64,000 nt of DNA from Lingula anatina (GCA_051362555.1 CM120648.1:12520587-12584586), one strand, 5' to 3'. Numbered from the stretch's first letter, positions 13,157 to 28,300 are shown. Translations and numbers: made by a program. Notes: generated by a model from the sequence alone, not told the origin.

Positions 13157-14232
13157 CCTTTTTAAGGATTGATTTTTTATTTTATTTTTTCCCCTGAACA
13201 AATTGATGCTGCAGGAATAAAATAAACAAAACTGATTTTTAACTTATTCCACAAACAACTATTTTTTTTTTAATTTTGGCCACCACAAGAAGCTATCTTT
13301 TGGGATTTTCTGAACAAATTGATGTTCTAGAAATATGTTTGATAATTTTTGTTGGAATAATTCAATAAATGAGAATATTTGATATGCATATTGAGTATAT
13401 GATCAGAGTTCTGTGTATAGTTGACTTATTATTGTCACTTGTTGAAAGCAGGAAATTGTATACCTTAAGTGAACCAGACTGTTTGTGGTCTCCACATGGA
13501 TGTATATTTGTTTACTAGAAGCAGACTTAATTATAGTAAATGATTTAGTAAGTATTATTTATTTTCAACATCCACTCAAGTCACAGTTTGCATGATCAAA
13601 AAAAAAAAAAAAGAAAAAAAAAATTAAAATAATGCCATTTAACTTAGAGACTTATTAGGTTAAATAAACACAGTTCAGATCTGTTAAGACAGAACTACTT
13701 CAGAAAGATATTGGTTTGACTTGGGTAATCATATAACCTTGGAGATCCAGGTGTTACATGTTACCAGTTAAACCAGTTTCTGGTGTGAAAATGTTAAGAA
13801 GTACACCAGGCCCCCGTTTCACAAAGAATCTTAAATTCCTAGTCGACTAGCTCGAGCTAGGTGACCTAGCTAGGTCGACTATGCTGCAGTCGACTAGGAG
13901 TGTTTCACAAAGAATCTAACGTCTTAGCTTGGCGTGCTTACCGTAGTCGACGCGCACGAGAAACTCTTCAAGAAAAGGAAGTGTAAAATTTGAAAAGTTT
14001 CACAAGACATGACGTTTCATGGCCTCTTTCGGCCGAGAATGAACGTTTATCAACAATAAAAATCAGCCAAAACACAAACAAAGTTTGTTTTTGAACTTTA
14101 TTGATTAGTTTAACTTCGATACAACTTCAAAGTAACAGTTAAACATTAGCTTGTCGTGGAACACTGTTGACGGACGTCTAGCGGTCAAAAACATAAACAA
14201 ACACACGATGGGCTGGGTGAAGGGGCATTTTA

Positions 14233-17200
14233 TTTTTTATGTACAGACACAGATGTGTCTGTACATATAGCCGTCATCTGCGTCTGTCGTCGCGGTCGCC
14301 GTTGGCGTGCACTTTAACCGTAAACACGATAAGTGGAAAACTGTTTTACCTTTTGGCTTGAAAGTTACAGAACTGATGAACATTCATAATACGCAGGTCA
14401 AGTTCGAAAATCAGCATGATTGGGTCATTTTTAAGGAAGTTATGCTTTTTTTTTCACTTTTTTCAGCATATATGCAACACCGTAAACACGTTAAGTGGAA
14501 AACCGTTTTACCTTTTGGCTTGAAAGTTACAGAACTGATGAACATTCATAATACGCCGGTCAAGTTCGAAAATCAGCATGATCATGTCATTTTTAGGGAA
14601 GTTATGCTTCTTTTTCACTTTTTTCAGCATATATGCAACACCGTAAACACGATAAGTGGAAAACGGGTCATTTTTAGGGGAGTTATGCTTTTTTTTTCAT
14701 TTTTTTCAGCATATATGCACATTGATAACACAATATAAGAAAAACAGATAGGCCAATGCATTGTCATTGTACTCGCAGGAGTGGTCAATCTTACTAAAAC
14801 ATAGTATGAAAATCAGCATAATCAGGCCATTATTTTAGAAGTTATGCTTTTTTTTTCACATTTCCTCAGATTCAATTCTTAGGCATGTTAATAGTCTCAT
14901 TATTGAACTAATAAGATACGTAAAAGTGTTTGTTTGATATTTCCTGCATCTTTACAACATTGTCAGTTGATTATGTAAAAATGATGGTAAATTTGTTATC
15001 ATGTATTGTGTAATGAAGTGTCAAAAATGAGATAAACACATATCATTGCAGTTTGTCAGATTCAATCATCCACTATGTTCAGAATCTCAGAATGGAGGAA
15101 ATTGGACATTTAAAACACTGTTCTATTGATACTTTTCTCATCTCATCAATTTTCTTAGTTGGTCATAAAAAAAATGGCAGTAAAATGTTTAATTTGTTTT
15201 ATGTTAAAAAAGTGTTAAAAACGGAAATAAACCCATTTCAGAACAGTGCTGTCTTGTTTACATTTTGGCATTTTCAAGACGTGACTTTGAAGTTCCATGG
15301 GCCTGAAGACCTTTGCTAGTCACATTTTCTGAATATCTGTGATACTAATATTTTATAATTAAAAATTAATGGTCATTATGCTGTTAAACATTATGTAATA
15401 TTGCATCAAAATTTGAAGAAACCCCTATTTTGGGCACTGCTCCCATGATGACCATTTAAGGAAAATCATGTCACTTACTGTTCTCAAACTTACAGGAAAG
15501 AAACATGGGACTAAAATACAGCTTCAGTAGGCAATGCAGTCTGTTTGGTAACTTTTTCTGGCAGTTAAACAGTTTTTTGTGAAAATTAAATTTTTCACAT
15601 GTTGGCATTTTTAAGGTGCGACTTAGAACCTCCACGGGCTTGAAGACCCATGCTAGTCACATTTTCTGAAAATCCATGACACATATATTTTATTATTAAA
15701 AATTGATGTATTATGCTGTTAAGCATTATGTAATGTTGCATCAAAATAGAAGAAAACACAATTTTTGGTGCTTCTGCCATGATGACCATTATGGGAAAAC
15801 CGTGTTACTTATGATTGTCAAACTTTCAAAAAAGAAACACAGGACTAAAATGCAGCCCGAGTTGGAAAAGCAGTCTAATTGGCTTCTTTTTCTGGAAGTT
15901 ATACATTTTAGTGAAATATTCATTATCTTTTTGGCATATTCATTGTGGGACTCGGAGCTCCCATGGACATGAAGCCGGATGGTAATCAAATTTTCTACAT
16001 GTTCATGCTATTTATAGTCAATAATCAAAAATTGGTGATAATTATTCTATAATTTATTATGTAATGTTACATCAAAATTGACAATAATCTTTTTGCACTG
16101 CTACTGCAAACATTATGAAAAGAAAACTGTGTTATTTATTATTATATTTAACTTATGAGTATGATTTTTAGGATTGGCATGCAGTTCAAATTAGAAAGCC
16201 AGGTCAATTGGGTTATCATTTATTATTGAATTTTATGCAGTTTTGTGTGAAATTTCATTTTTTTCATTCTGGCACTTTCTAAGTATAAACTTGAACTCTG
16301 ATGGGCCTGAAGCCTTATGCTTTTACTTTCGTTGGTGTTACCTGTTGTGCAAAATTAAAATTTGATGTTGACTGTAATGTATTATTGCATCAGAATTGCT
16401 AGTCTCCTATTTTGTGCATTATTGTTTTGTGCTTTTCTTAAGTTGTGACTTATGGGCCTGAAAGACCTTTGAGAGGGTCAGTCTGTAAATTTCCCTTGGG
16501 TATCACTTAGCTAATTTCAGTGTTATAAAGTAATTAGCCTAATTAATCGGCCATTAAATGAGATTACATAAAGCACACTTGTTGATATTTCCCTGTAAAC
16601 TCCCATAGGTTAAGCTCTCTGCTAGATTAATAATAAGGAAGCAGTGATAATTATGCAGGTGAATTTTGTTTAATAATTGCAAATAAGTTATATCAAACTC
16701 AAAGATTAAAAGTTTGAATAGCAGCTTCATTGGAATTATTTTTACCTCTGCCAAGGAGGTTATATTTTCACCCCTGTTTGTCATCAACATAACTCAAAAA
16801 GTTATGGACCGATTTTGCTGAAATTTTCAGGAACTGTCAGAAGTGGGCCAAAGAGGACAATAATCAATAATAATCAACAATTGCTACCTTGGCAGAGGTC
16901 TGCACTCTCGGAGCGCTTTTCTAGTTTTGTTATGTTTTCCTTTATAATTTTTTCTCAAACACTTGCATTTGTGACTTTTAACTCTCATCCGCCTGAGGCT
17001 CTGACATTTCTGTATTTCCACATAAGCAGTTGTATATATTGTTTTTTATGTCTTTAAACATTATGTTACTTATGTAATATTATTTTATGCACTGTCATCA
17101 TTTTTCAAATATTGAGACTTTCATCATGTGAATTTAAACTCATGGTCCTGAAACTGTAATCTTATTGAAAGGGTAGATTGAGACCATCTTCAGGGTCTTC

Positions 17201-17498
17201 CGGAAGACAGTCAGGTTATTAAGTTTATATTGCCTGGTATCTATTTTTTCTTCTGTTGGAAGACCATCAAAATGGAGGATGGATCAAAATAGATACTTTG
17301 GAATACTGTCAGAAAATATCTCTGGGTCCGCTCATGTTATTGACCATTTTACCTGTTGTGCATGATTAAAATTCAGTGTTGACTGACAGTGCTATTATAA
17401 GCATTATTTATTATTGCATCAAAATTGACAAAATGACCTATTTTGCATCTTTATTTTCTGTTTTTTGTCTGTACATTTGACAGCTTTGCTGCCTTGTT
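14233..17498 (+). mobile_element. Full-length Helentron/HINE-like element, family B
   Basis: 5' hairpin ATGTACAGACACAGATGTGTCTGTACAT, internal degenerate tandem repeats, 3' subTIR TGTCTGTACAT + palindrome + TT. Confidence 0.8.
16741..16926 (+). mobile_element. Small HINE-like element (family C) nested in family B
   Basis: TTACCTCTGCCAAGGAGG ... CCTTGGCAGAGG + GCACTCTCGGAGCGC hairpin + CTAGTT; absent from the homologous position near 1430. Confidence 0.8.
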
Positions 17499-17770
17499 AT
17501 TTCAATATTCCATAAATGTCAGTGCTATTCAAGGATATTATGACACAGTATCTTGAAGGAGGTATGTTCTTTCCAAATTTTTGTTGTTTATGCTCTCATT
17601 TACTGAGTTTTAGTTGAGCTTGCCGACTTAAGTCTCCTCCCGAGGAGGCTAGACATCGTCGACTATCAGCTAATAAAAAAACGACGTAAGCGACCTTTTA
17701 GATTCTTTGTAAAACGGGACTTAGTGACGTAACGACTTAATTACGTTGGTAACCAAGTTCTTAGTCAGGG

Positions 17771-20700
17771 CTTGGACCTAAATAGAGAAGGACAAGTAAC
17801 GCGGCATCTTCCTTTGAAGCTATGTGCGTTCGGGTAAACATTCGCCTATTGTCTCACATAATCTGTTTTGATAGCTCCACGGGCGTCTGAACAGCTTATT
17901 ATCAAGGTAGCGCGCGCTGTGCTTCAGTGCATTTCTATTGTTTCTCTGCATTGATAACGCAAATTATCGCAGTCCCTCGTGGTTGCTATGATACAGCATT
18001 GCCGCCATCTTGCAGTTGCGAGCACACAGGTTTCCGTCAACACGTGGAAATTTATTGAGGGGTTTTCGGCATTTTCCCCGTTACCTCATAAAAACGGGGT
18101 GTGAAGTTTGTCTTCAATACCTGCTGTCTTTTTCTGCCCGTGAGGTAGTCTCTGACAGGACAGAAATACGCACCCAACGACCGGAAATCTCATTCCTACA
18201 TGTACCAGTAGCTGTGACACCCCGGAAGATCAATCAAATTTACACAAGAACTGACTGCTGGTGAATCAGACAAATTAAAAATGTTTGTGAAATTATATAT
18301 TACCATTAGGGGCCACTCATTTCGCAGACAGCTTAAAGAAAAGTACCAAGAATCTGTGTCTGCATCTACGAAAGAAAAAGGATTGAGAAAGTCTCTCAAA
18401 AGGAAGAGTAGAATTACAGCTTGAATTATTACCTAGATTTTCAACAAACAGTATGATCTTGTGCATTTATAACATTTGGGTTTTTTCACTTAGCAATTAA
18501 GATCTTAATTAGAAATTTCATCTAGGTTTACATTAATTTTAATTAGTTATTTAAAAGTCAGATTTGTTGTATTAGTTTGGTAGAAAATAATACACCAGGT
18601 ACCAAAATATGGCTTTCTGTTTTCAGTAACTGAAAAGCAGTCATAATTCAAGAACTTACTATAAGTATTCATAATATTTGGTTTTTCAGTCAGCAACTAT
18701 CTTTCATTTATATTTCGTTTTATTTTTCATTAAAAGTTACCCGTTTACAATATGAGATTAATTTCACCAATACTGATCTTATGGTAATAAAAAATGCATA
18801 TATTTGACATAAAAAATCTTCTTTTTATTTCTTTTCACTTCCTTTTTTTTTTACACAACTTAATATATTATAATAATAAAAGATTTGACAAATAAGACGC
18901 ATATCACTGCAAGACGGTCAAAGTCAAATGTGAGTATGAATTTTATCAGGATCAGATTTTTTAAACCTGTAGTTAGTGTATTCTGAGGTAATTGAATATG
19001 TAATTTCAATCAAGCAAGAAAAAACTGTCTAAACATATAATCCATGTTTTTTACATTTCATTTTTTTTTTTTTTGATTATAAGATAGCAAATATAAAACA
19101 ACTTGAGTACATTCCAATATTTATTATTAAAAAAGTAAACATTAAAAATGCTTGTTACAAAGCTAGTGATGATGAATATACAATACATGTGCAGTTTTCT
19201 TGTCTTGTCTCTTTTTGTGAAAGTCATGTTGGAGTTCTTTCCTATTTGTATCACGAGTAGTATTAACTTATTTATAAAAGGTATAAACTAATTTCTTATT
19301 GACCTATGTGAATTATTGTCCAAATGTTTAATTAGTGCGTCTCCTCTTGGGCAATGGTGCATTGTCCAATTTTAACTTTCCGGCATCTTGTGGAGAGAAT
19401 CTGGAAGAGAATAAGAATGTTTTTATCACAAACTACTATAAATGACAATTGCCTTTTTTATTTCTACTTGGACATTTGAGCCACAGGTAAGCCTTATCAA
19501 ATGCATCTCAAGATTCTACCTGTCAGGTAGATTTTCCCTCTAGTTAAATTTACTTCCCTTGTAAGGCATGGATTTTCTAGATCATTATCAGCCAGGTAAC
19601 TACACCGTCAGGCCCTTTGATGATTTGATAAAGCCAGCTAGGTGTTATCCAAAGGCATGTCTCAGGATTATTTCAAAGATTTCAAGCACCTGATAACAAG
19701 ATAATGCAATGTAGCAAGGCAATTTCAGAGGTGAGACTCTTATCACAAATGTGATCAAGATCTACTTTTATGACCATTACCCAAGTAAATATAATCATGC
19801 ACTTTGCATGTGTACATGTCCACATATACACTTTCACTATAAGACCAATGAGGGTGTTTGTCAGTCGTCTTTATTCTGTTTAGGGAATCCAATTTAAAAA
19901 TGAAAAACTATTAATTATCATTCTCAAACTGGAGCAGACTTTAGCCGGTCATGTGAATATACATATATACTTCAGAGTAGTGTTAATGTCAACTTTGATA
20001 AAAGGATATTAAAGGCCAACAGGTGCGTTTTTGTATGTCGCAATTGCATGGGTGGTGCCATATTGCAATGATAGCCCATATTAAGAGTTAAAAAAATAAT
20101 AATTATCATTCTCAGACTGGAGCTGACTGGAGCCGGTAATGTGTAAATATATATATACTTTAAAGCAGTGTTAATGTCAACTTTGATAAAAGGACATTAA
20201 AAGGATCACAGGTGCGTTTTTGTGTGTCACAATTGCATGTGTGGTGCCATATTGCAATGATAGCCCATATTGAGAGTTAGAAAAATAATAATTATCATTC
20301 TCAGACCGGAGCTGACTGTAGCCGGTAATGTGTAAATATATATATATATACTTTAAAGCAGTGTTAATGTCAACTTTGATAAAAGGATATTAAAAGGATC
20401 ACAGGTGCGTTTTTGTGTGTCACAATTGCATGTGTGGTGTCATGTTGCAACGAGAGCCCATATTAACAGTTAAAAATATTAATTATCATTCAATAATTCG
20501 GGCTCACTTAAGCAAGTAACATAAACCTATACATATAGTACACAGCGGTGTTGATGCCACCTTTATCTAAACCGTAGGTAAAAAAAATACCAGACCTAAA
20601 ACGATGTCGGCGAGTCGAATAAATCGGAGAGGAATTGCGTCATTTTAATTCAAAACACGATTTGAGGTTAAATTATTGCCGCATCTAAGGCTAATCCTTT

Positions 20701-21140
20701 ACATAGAGGTAAAATTTCGAGACTAGAAATATTTTTCTATCGGATCATAGCTAAAGACAAGTATTCGACACTGCAGTTGTACAATTTTAAACACTCATTT
20801 TACGGCAACAAACACGATTGCCTTCACCATATTGGGCATTTTGAATTCCTCCATGAACAAACATACCTTATTCTCATCTAGCATCCAAAATAGCAAAAGA
20901 AATTGTACTTACATTTTATCTCTATAAGTGTCTTGACTCATCCACCCGAACGTTTTCCTCGCGTTATCACCAGCTACCTGTCCAAATGACACAAAAAGTC
21001 ATCAACAGCCGCGATATGCTCGCTACCTGTACGGGAGGTCACGTGATCCGAACGCACATCGTTTCGCGAAGAGCTCGCGTTAAGCCGATTATCCTTTGAT
21101 CTTTCTCCGCGTAACTTGTCCTTCTCTAGTTAGGTCCATG
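17771..21140. mobile_element. P-element-like non-autonomous transposon, 7-bp TSD
   Basis: GTCAGGG|C(T/A)TGGACCTAAATAGAGAAGGACAAG ... CTTGTCCTTCTCTAGTTAGGTCCATG|GTCAGGG; internal tandem repeat of about 185-190 bp at about 19900-20560. Confidence 0.78.
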
Positions 21141-23154
21141 GTCAGGGAAACCGACTTAAGTTTTTTTGTGAAAAGGGGGCCAGATCAAGAGAGAAAAATT
21201 GGCACAATAGTTGCCAATACTTTATATTGTTGTTATTATTATTTTATTTAGTTGTTGTTGTGACCCCTCAGTTTTAAATTTTAATGTATTTGTGGGTATT
21301 CTTAATATTGTATTTTATTCTAATAATTTGAGATTCACTTTAGTCTTTTTAAATTTAGTGTCATGATTAATGTTATCTTTCCTGATAATTAAATTTAATT
21401 GCAGGTTTTGTAATACTGGACTAATTATAAGGTTTAGAAACTTTTTTCTTATTTTTATGGAATTTTTACATGTTAGAGAAACGTTTGGTATGAATATATT
21501 AAGAAATAAACTGCAGTTATGTTTTTGTTGGTTATATTGAATGTTTCACATGGTTATACTCCTGCACAAACAATTGACATGGAAATTATTTTATCAAAGA
21601 TAATTATTGGCTGTACATTTTTATTGATAAAAACCCCGCAAAACAAATGCTCTGCTAAATCAATCCTGCAAAGTGTTCATTACTTTACCAGGGATTAGGT
21701 TGGGTCACGTTTTTGCGCTAATAGCGCATACATTTACCAAAAAGTGCAACAGGTTATTGCATACGCGCTAAAAATAGCGCATCCTGATACAGAATGTACG
21801 GAATGTAGTTGATGTTTTGGAAATAAGTTTACTGTGAAAGATGGCCTGTCAAAGAGATGTTAGCAGTGTAACGTACGTGAAACTTTAAGGAACATATTAA
21901 ACCACTACAGCTTTAGTATAATTCATAACAGGCAGGGTCTGCGCATTTACACGAGTCATGCCCTGCAATGTGAGGGTTACGCTGTCGAGATCGCCCGGAA
22001 AACTGTTGAGGAAAATGTTTAGTATTGCTCGACAAATCCATAATGAAATAAGTCAATTAAGTTGTCTAGCGAGATGTATGATGCAAGCACGATCCACAAG
22101 GTTTTAATATTAGGTGAAACGATCTAATTAGATGATTCAACGAGTCCTTTACCGAATTACATAACAGTCAATGATAAAGTGGTGATGGCGTCCCACTGCG
22201 GCTTCAACTTCTTGTTTTAACAAGACTCGCGCTACATGCTGGCTTGAGAAAAACATCACTGTTTCACCTTGACGCCGCCGCGTTTATTTCTTATGGTGCA
22301 CTGTCTTCTTCCCACGAACACCATTTATATTTAAAAAAAGGGCGTCGCAAGGTATTAGGCGATTTTTCTGATCACATAACTCGTAAGCAATGCGTTGTCT
22401 AGGAATTAAATATGTTGACTCTACATTGTGTAACAATGGTTTCTTGTTCTTAGAATCATTTCTTTCGATTTCTCGCAAAACGGTTGAAACTGTTCCTTTC
22501 AAGAGCAACTCCACTCAACAAGACTGTCGCTATTTAGGCACCCGTATCAACACTATTTTTAGTTTAAGTCGTTTTAAATTTACTTCAAACTTCGCGTTTC
22601 GTAAGCTAACATTTTGCATACATGTTACATTGTACCTGAGTATACATCCCATAATGATACACAACAAGCATGACAAAGCATAAAAGCTGTGTACCCTGAT
22701 GAGTTGAAACCGTAGTTACCGTTGGTAAAAAAAAATAGTCACAAGCACATTGCATCGTGTTGAGAACATCTAGAGGACAACTGACACAATCGTTGCAATA
22801 TGCGTCCTTCACTTTATAGTATATAGTCCAGATGTACTCCCATCTCGCCGAAATAAAGCCTAGATGACGTTTTACAAAGTCTCAAATTGCTGCTATGTAG
22901 GCCTAATGTTTTTCAGTCTCGTAATCTCATTTTCAGTGTAGCGTTTCGACTTCACATATTTTACAGATATCCCACTTGAGAAATTATTTAATGGCATTTT
23001 ACAGGGGAAGTAATAGAAAATTAACCATCTTACATTTCTCCTCGTGAGGAATTTATAGACTCACTCAGGCAGAGAAAGTTTGATTATAATTCCGGCGTCT
23101 TCAACGTCACGGTGCATTCACCCTTGGGCACGGCGCCCGACAAAGGGCAGTCTT

Positions 23155-23302
23155 CATGGGCGTCCGCAGAAAATTTTTCAGGGGGTCAAAGTCATACGGG
23201 GAGATAATGATTGGCTGGGTACCCGCAATAAAAATGCAGTTCCAAAATTCAGGGGGGGGAGGGTCAAGTGCTCCCATTGACCCCCCCTGGGGAACGCCCA
23301 GG
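23155..23302. mobile_element. 148-bp hAT-type MITE
   Basis: 8-bp TSD GCAGTCTT on both sides; CATGGGCGT ... ACGCCCAGG termini. Confidence 0.8.
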
Positions 23303-25217
23303 GCAGTCTTCGTTGCCATCAAAATTTGTTGAAATAGAGGGCAAAGCGATGTGGGAACTGCCCGGTTATTTGTCTCAAATTTAAAAAAATGGGAATTTAG
23401 ACAGTGACCTAAAAAGTCAGCGGACACAAATGTTGGAAGCAGTAAAATGAATGTTAAAATTCTGGTTGACGCACTCTCCGAGTACCTGCCCCTGCTATGG
23501 CCCCCAGCCAACCTTGCTGGAAATGCTAGAATGCAAGTCCAGCTGTAAATCGTTAGTTTGTCTGAATGCATTGGGAGGGGGATTTTGTTTTGATTACAAT
23601 AACACTTCTTATGGTTCAGCGGTATTGTTACTTTTTAAAAATTAACCAAAATTTTAGCTTGGGATTTTATTGAAAGCGATCTTTCATACTGCCACCTATC
23701 GTCAATATAAGCTCAACACGGCGCAGACGATGGAAAATGCTTTTACCAAAATTATAGTTGCCAAATTTTTAGCAACAAGGTAGTAGATCTAAACCTGATA
23801 TTAGTTTCAACACTGTTGATATTTTGTGGCAATTCATGCACATTTTGGGGGTCAATTCAAGCTGTAACATCTTTTTCTCACCAGTTTCGTAAAATGTCTA
23901 AAATAATAAGAGGGAAGCAAAACCAGTGGCTGACAGTAACACTCAGTGACAGGGAAACTGGCATCCGAGACACCATTGATGAATTAAAGTTTGCAGATTA
24001 ATGTTTGCGAGTTGCTTTGACAGTACACATCACTTATTATTATATGTTATGGGTACCTTTAAGAGGTACAATATCTTTTCACTTTCAGTTCAAAATGATG
24101 CAGTGAAGCCAGCATGTTGACCATGTTTTGCCAAAGAATTAAGAAGAGAAATATCTTTTTAATGAGTTATATCAGTGGTCACATCATAGTCTTTCTAATT
24201 TGGCTCCTTGCTGTGCACATAGGTAGGAAAAACTTTTGTTGAATAAATCAATTAATTCAATGATATTACATACATTATATTTTTTGCCACAACAACATTT
24301 AATGCAAACAAATGTTTTCATAATTATAGATGTTTCAATGAAAATGAGTACACAAGTAGAAATGAATTTAGGTTGGATGAATACGGATTGGTTGATCCAC
24401 TTCAATAATTATTGAATTATACCGTCATTACTTTCTAATGAATGGCCTTGCTGCCAGTAATTACACCGTGGGCATTCAGGGCACAGACCGTGATCACAAG
24501 AAACCGCCAATAGTTTTTTAGATTTTTAGAAAATAGATTCTTCATGTGAACGAACCCTTAGTGATTTGAACTATTAGAGCACTTTTATGGTTTGTAATAT
24601 TATTTTCAAGTCTTTTCACAATCAATATCTGCTGTTTTTTTTTCTTTTTTGATAATACTGGGGGAGATGCCACTTACTACACACTTGAATTTAAGCACAG
24701 AACACATAAGCCATAACCTATAAGCATATATACTGAAGCATCTAAAATATTTTCATCATAAGAGTCTCTCAAATTATTTTTTTGTTTAATTTAAAAACTT
24801 GATATAGGCATTTTACATGATAGCATTTTCTATACCATGTAGCTGGCAAAAAATAATAGCTGGATCAATCCAATTCTGGGGAAGATTCTCCCTCAGTGCA
24901 ATAACTTTGAATGGCTTAAATGTCTGACATGCCTCTTGCATTGAGCTGCTTGGGGGGGATTCACTTAACCCCAGCCACTCAAGGAGGCGTGCCAAACTAT
25001 CAAGCTGAGTACAGTGAATGCATTTCAGCAAGAATCTACCAAAGAGTTGGATCAGTCCAGCTTGTATGGTGTACTCTTGAATGCCATCTGAGTAAAAAAC
25101 AAGTTCTGGAATACCATGTCAATTTCAAAGCAGCCCAAATCTGTGGCAAGCATAAAGGCTAAATTAAGACTTTCAAAGATCATCTTATAGCAATAAAGCA
25201 TATAGAAATACAGATTC

Positions 25218-25255
<38 letters not shown>

Positions 25256-25370
25256 CCAGCTGCATTTCTACAGTTAAAGGACAATAATCATATAAAAATC
25301 CATTTCTTGAATTCTGAAGATCCAGCACTTAATCTATACACTACATTTATGTTTTAATCGATCCCTGTAA

Positions 25371-28300
25371 TTGTACCACCAGCGTTAGCGCTGGCGGTAC
25401 ACATGGTTTCGGTCCCGTCCGGATCGTTCCGCCGGCTCCGCCGGCTCCGTTGGCTCCGCCGGCTCCGCCGGACGGCTACCGTTACCACTTCTCCTCCTAG
25501 GCGGTAAGGCCCCCCATACCCATCTCTTGGATTTAGGTCACCTATAATCTCAACTCGTTCCACGTAAAATTTGGGCTTTGTCGGTATTGGGGTCTGGGTG
25601 TGGCACTCATTGAAATGCACCCTTGTCCAAAAATGGCAAAATTAAATGCTAATTATCTACCCTACGGAAGGGGTTATGGGAAAAATTTCTACAGACGGCT
25701 TTCCAAAAGTCATATGTGTAGATTTCAAATATGCCCTTGGATTTGACCTTTGACCTTTACTTCAAGGTCAAATGGGCCAAAATTTTCAAAAAAATTAAAT
25801 TTTTTACGAAAAAAAATTTTTTTGCCCTGTTATTCAGACACCACACAGACTAAACCAATAACATTATTGGAAAGTGTTACCCTTCAGGTCGTCCTTCATC
25901 TCCGTGAATTTGGAGTCAATCAGTGCATTTTCACCGGAGTAGCGGCCATAAGGTGGCGAAACTGAAAACTGTCTCTAATTCGGGAACCGTTAATGCTAGA
26001 GACCCATTCTTTTTTGCATTTTGTAGAGCATGTAAAGCCCAACACTGGAAGTGGTCTCCGTTTTTTTGTATTCCGTACGGTTTTCAAGTTATGCTGTATC
26101 AGAAAGTACATATTGGTGGTGAAAGCAAAATGTGCAGTACGGTAATGGATAATAAATTTTGAACTCTGGAAAAATAAAACATAAGGCTTGGCAAAGCAGA
26201 CAAGTTGTGGTCAAAAATGACATTATTTCATCAAATTTGAACTTCTGGAACTTCAGAGCACCTCCCATTTCAAGAATTTTGACCAAAATGACCTTTTCTT
26301 TATTTTAATTAATTTTTGCTGTAGGAAATTTATGGCACATTAAGGTAATTCCAAAATTATAACATTTAGTCCCTTATATCTCCAAAACTGGCAGAGATAG
26401 GTCCATAGTTACTATTGAAGTTGAATAGGAAGTCATATGCTGGCAATCTTACTGTGACCTTGAAATTGACCTTTGACCTACTTTTCACCATGAACTGAAC
26501 TTTGCAAATTTTGCTTCCCTTTTATCTCCAAAACTGGCAGAGATAGGTCCATAGTTACTATTGAAGTTGAATAGGAAGTCATATACTGGCAATCTAAATG
26601 TGACCTTGAAATTGACCTTTGACCTACTTTTCACCATGAATTGAACTTTGCAAATTTTGCTTCCCTTTTATCTCCAAAACTGGCAGAGATAGGTCCATAG
26701 TTACTATTGAAGTTGAATAGGAAGTCATATACTGGCAATCTAAATGTGACCTTGAAATTGACCTTTGACCTACTTTCCACCATAAATTGAACTTTGCAAA
26801 TTTTGCTTCCCTTTTATCTCCAAAACTGGCAGAGATAGGTCCATAGTTACTATTGTATTGAATAGGAAGTCATATACGGGCAATCTTACTGTGACCTTCA
26901 AATTGACCTTTAACCTACTTTTCACCATGAATTGAACTTTGCAAATTTTGCTTCCCTTTTATCTCCAAAACTGGCAGAGATAGGTCCATAGTTACTATTT
27001 AAGTTGAATAGGAAGTCATATACTGGCAATCTAAATGTGACCTTAAAATTGACCTTTGACCTACTTTTCACCATGAACTGAACTTTGTAAATTTTGCTTC
27101 CTTTTTATCTCCAAATTTACGCTGTATCAAAAAGTACATATTGCTGGTGAAAGCAAAATGTGCAGTACGGTAATGGATAATTAATTTTGAACTCCAGAAA
27201 AACAAAACATAAGGCTTGGCAAAGCAGGCAACTTGTGGTCAAAAATGACATTGTTTCATCAAATTAGAACATCTGGAACTTCAGAGCACCTCCCATTTCA
27301 AGAATTTTGACCAAAATGACCTTTTCTTTATTTTGATTAATTTTTGCTGTAGGAAATTTATGGCACATTATGGTAACTCCAAAATTATAACATTTAGTCC
27401 CTTATATCTCCAAAACTGGCAGAGATAGGTCCATAGTTACTATTGAAGTTGAATAGGAAGTCATATACTGGCAATCTTACTGTGACCTTGAAATTGACCT
27501 TTGACCTACTTTTCACCATGAATTGAACTTTGCAAATTTTGCTTCCCTTTTTATCTCCAAAACTGGCAGAGATAGGTCCATAGTTACTATTGAACTTGAA
27601 TATGAAGTCATATACTGACAATCTAAATGTGACCTTGAAATTGACCTTTGACCTACTTTTCACCATGAACTGAACTTTGCAAATTTTGCTTCCCTTTTAT
27701 CTCCAAAACTGGCAGAGATAGGTCCATAATTGTACCACCAGCGTTAGCGCTGGCGGTACACATGGTTTCGGTCCCGTCCGGATCGTTCCGTCGGCTCCGC
27801 AGGACGGCTACCGTTACCGCTTCTCCTCCTAGACGGTAAGGGCCCCCGTACCCATCTCATGGATTTAGGTCACCTATAATCTCAACTCGTTCCACGTAAA
27901 ATTTGGGCTTTGTCGGTATTGGGGTCTGGGTGTGGCACTCATTACAATGCACCCTTGTCTAAAAATGGCAAAATTAAATGCTAATTATCTACCCTACGGA
28001 AGGAGTTATGGGAAAAATTTCTATAGACGGCTTTCCAAAAGTCATATGTGTAGATTTCAAATATACCCTTGGATTTGACCTTTGACCTTTACTTCAAGGT
28101 CAAATGTGTCAAAATTTTCAAAAAAATGAAATTTTTTACGAAAAAAATTTTTTTTGCCCTGTTATTCAGACACTACACAGACTTAACCAATGATATTATT
28201 GGAAAGTGTTACCCTTCAGGTCATCTTTCATCTCCATGAATTTGGGGTCAATCGGTGCATTTTCACCGGAGTAGCGGCCATAAGATACCGAAACTGAAAA

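Larger units (their letters stand above)
13810..21180. mobile_element. Harbinger-like MITE expanded to 7.4 kb by nested insertions
   Basis: cag|GCCCCCGTTTCACAAA ... TTTGTGAAAAGGGGGC|cag; CAG TSD; subterminal GTCGACTAG motifs. Confidence 0.8.

Noticed and set aside
14307-14738. 143-aa ORF and similar ORFs at 34065-36477, 25354-28618 and 48558-51565
   Set aside because: Chance frames in repeated non-autonomous elements; not conserved in frame between copies and no domain motifs.
17523-17561. AG…GT-bounded segment as a possible last polycystin exon
   Set aside because: Lies inside the Harbinger-like element; no recognisable peptide and no convincing phase match.
23107-23571. 154-aa minus-strand ORF with a hydrophobic stretch
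   Set aside because: Runs through a MITE insertion; no domain or splice support.
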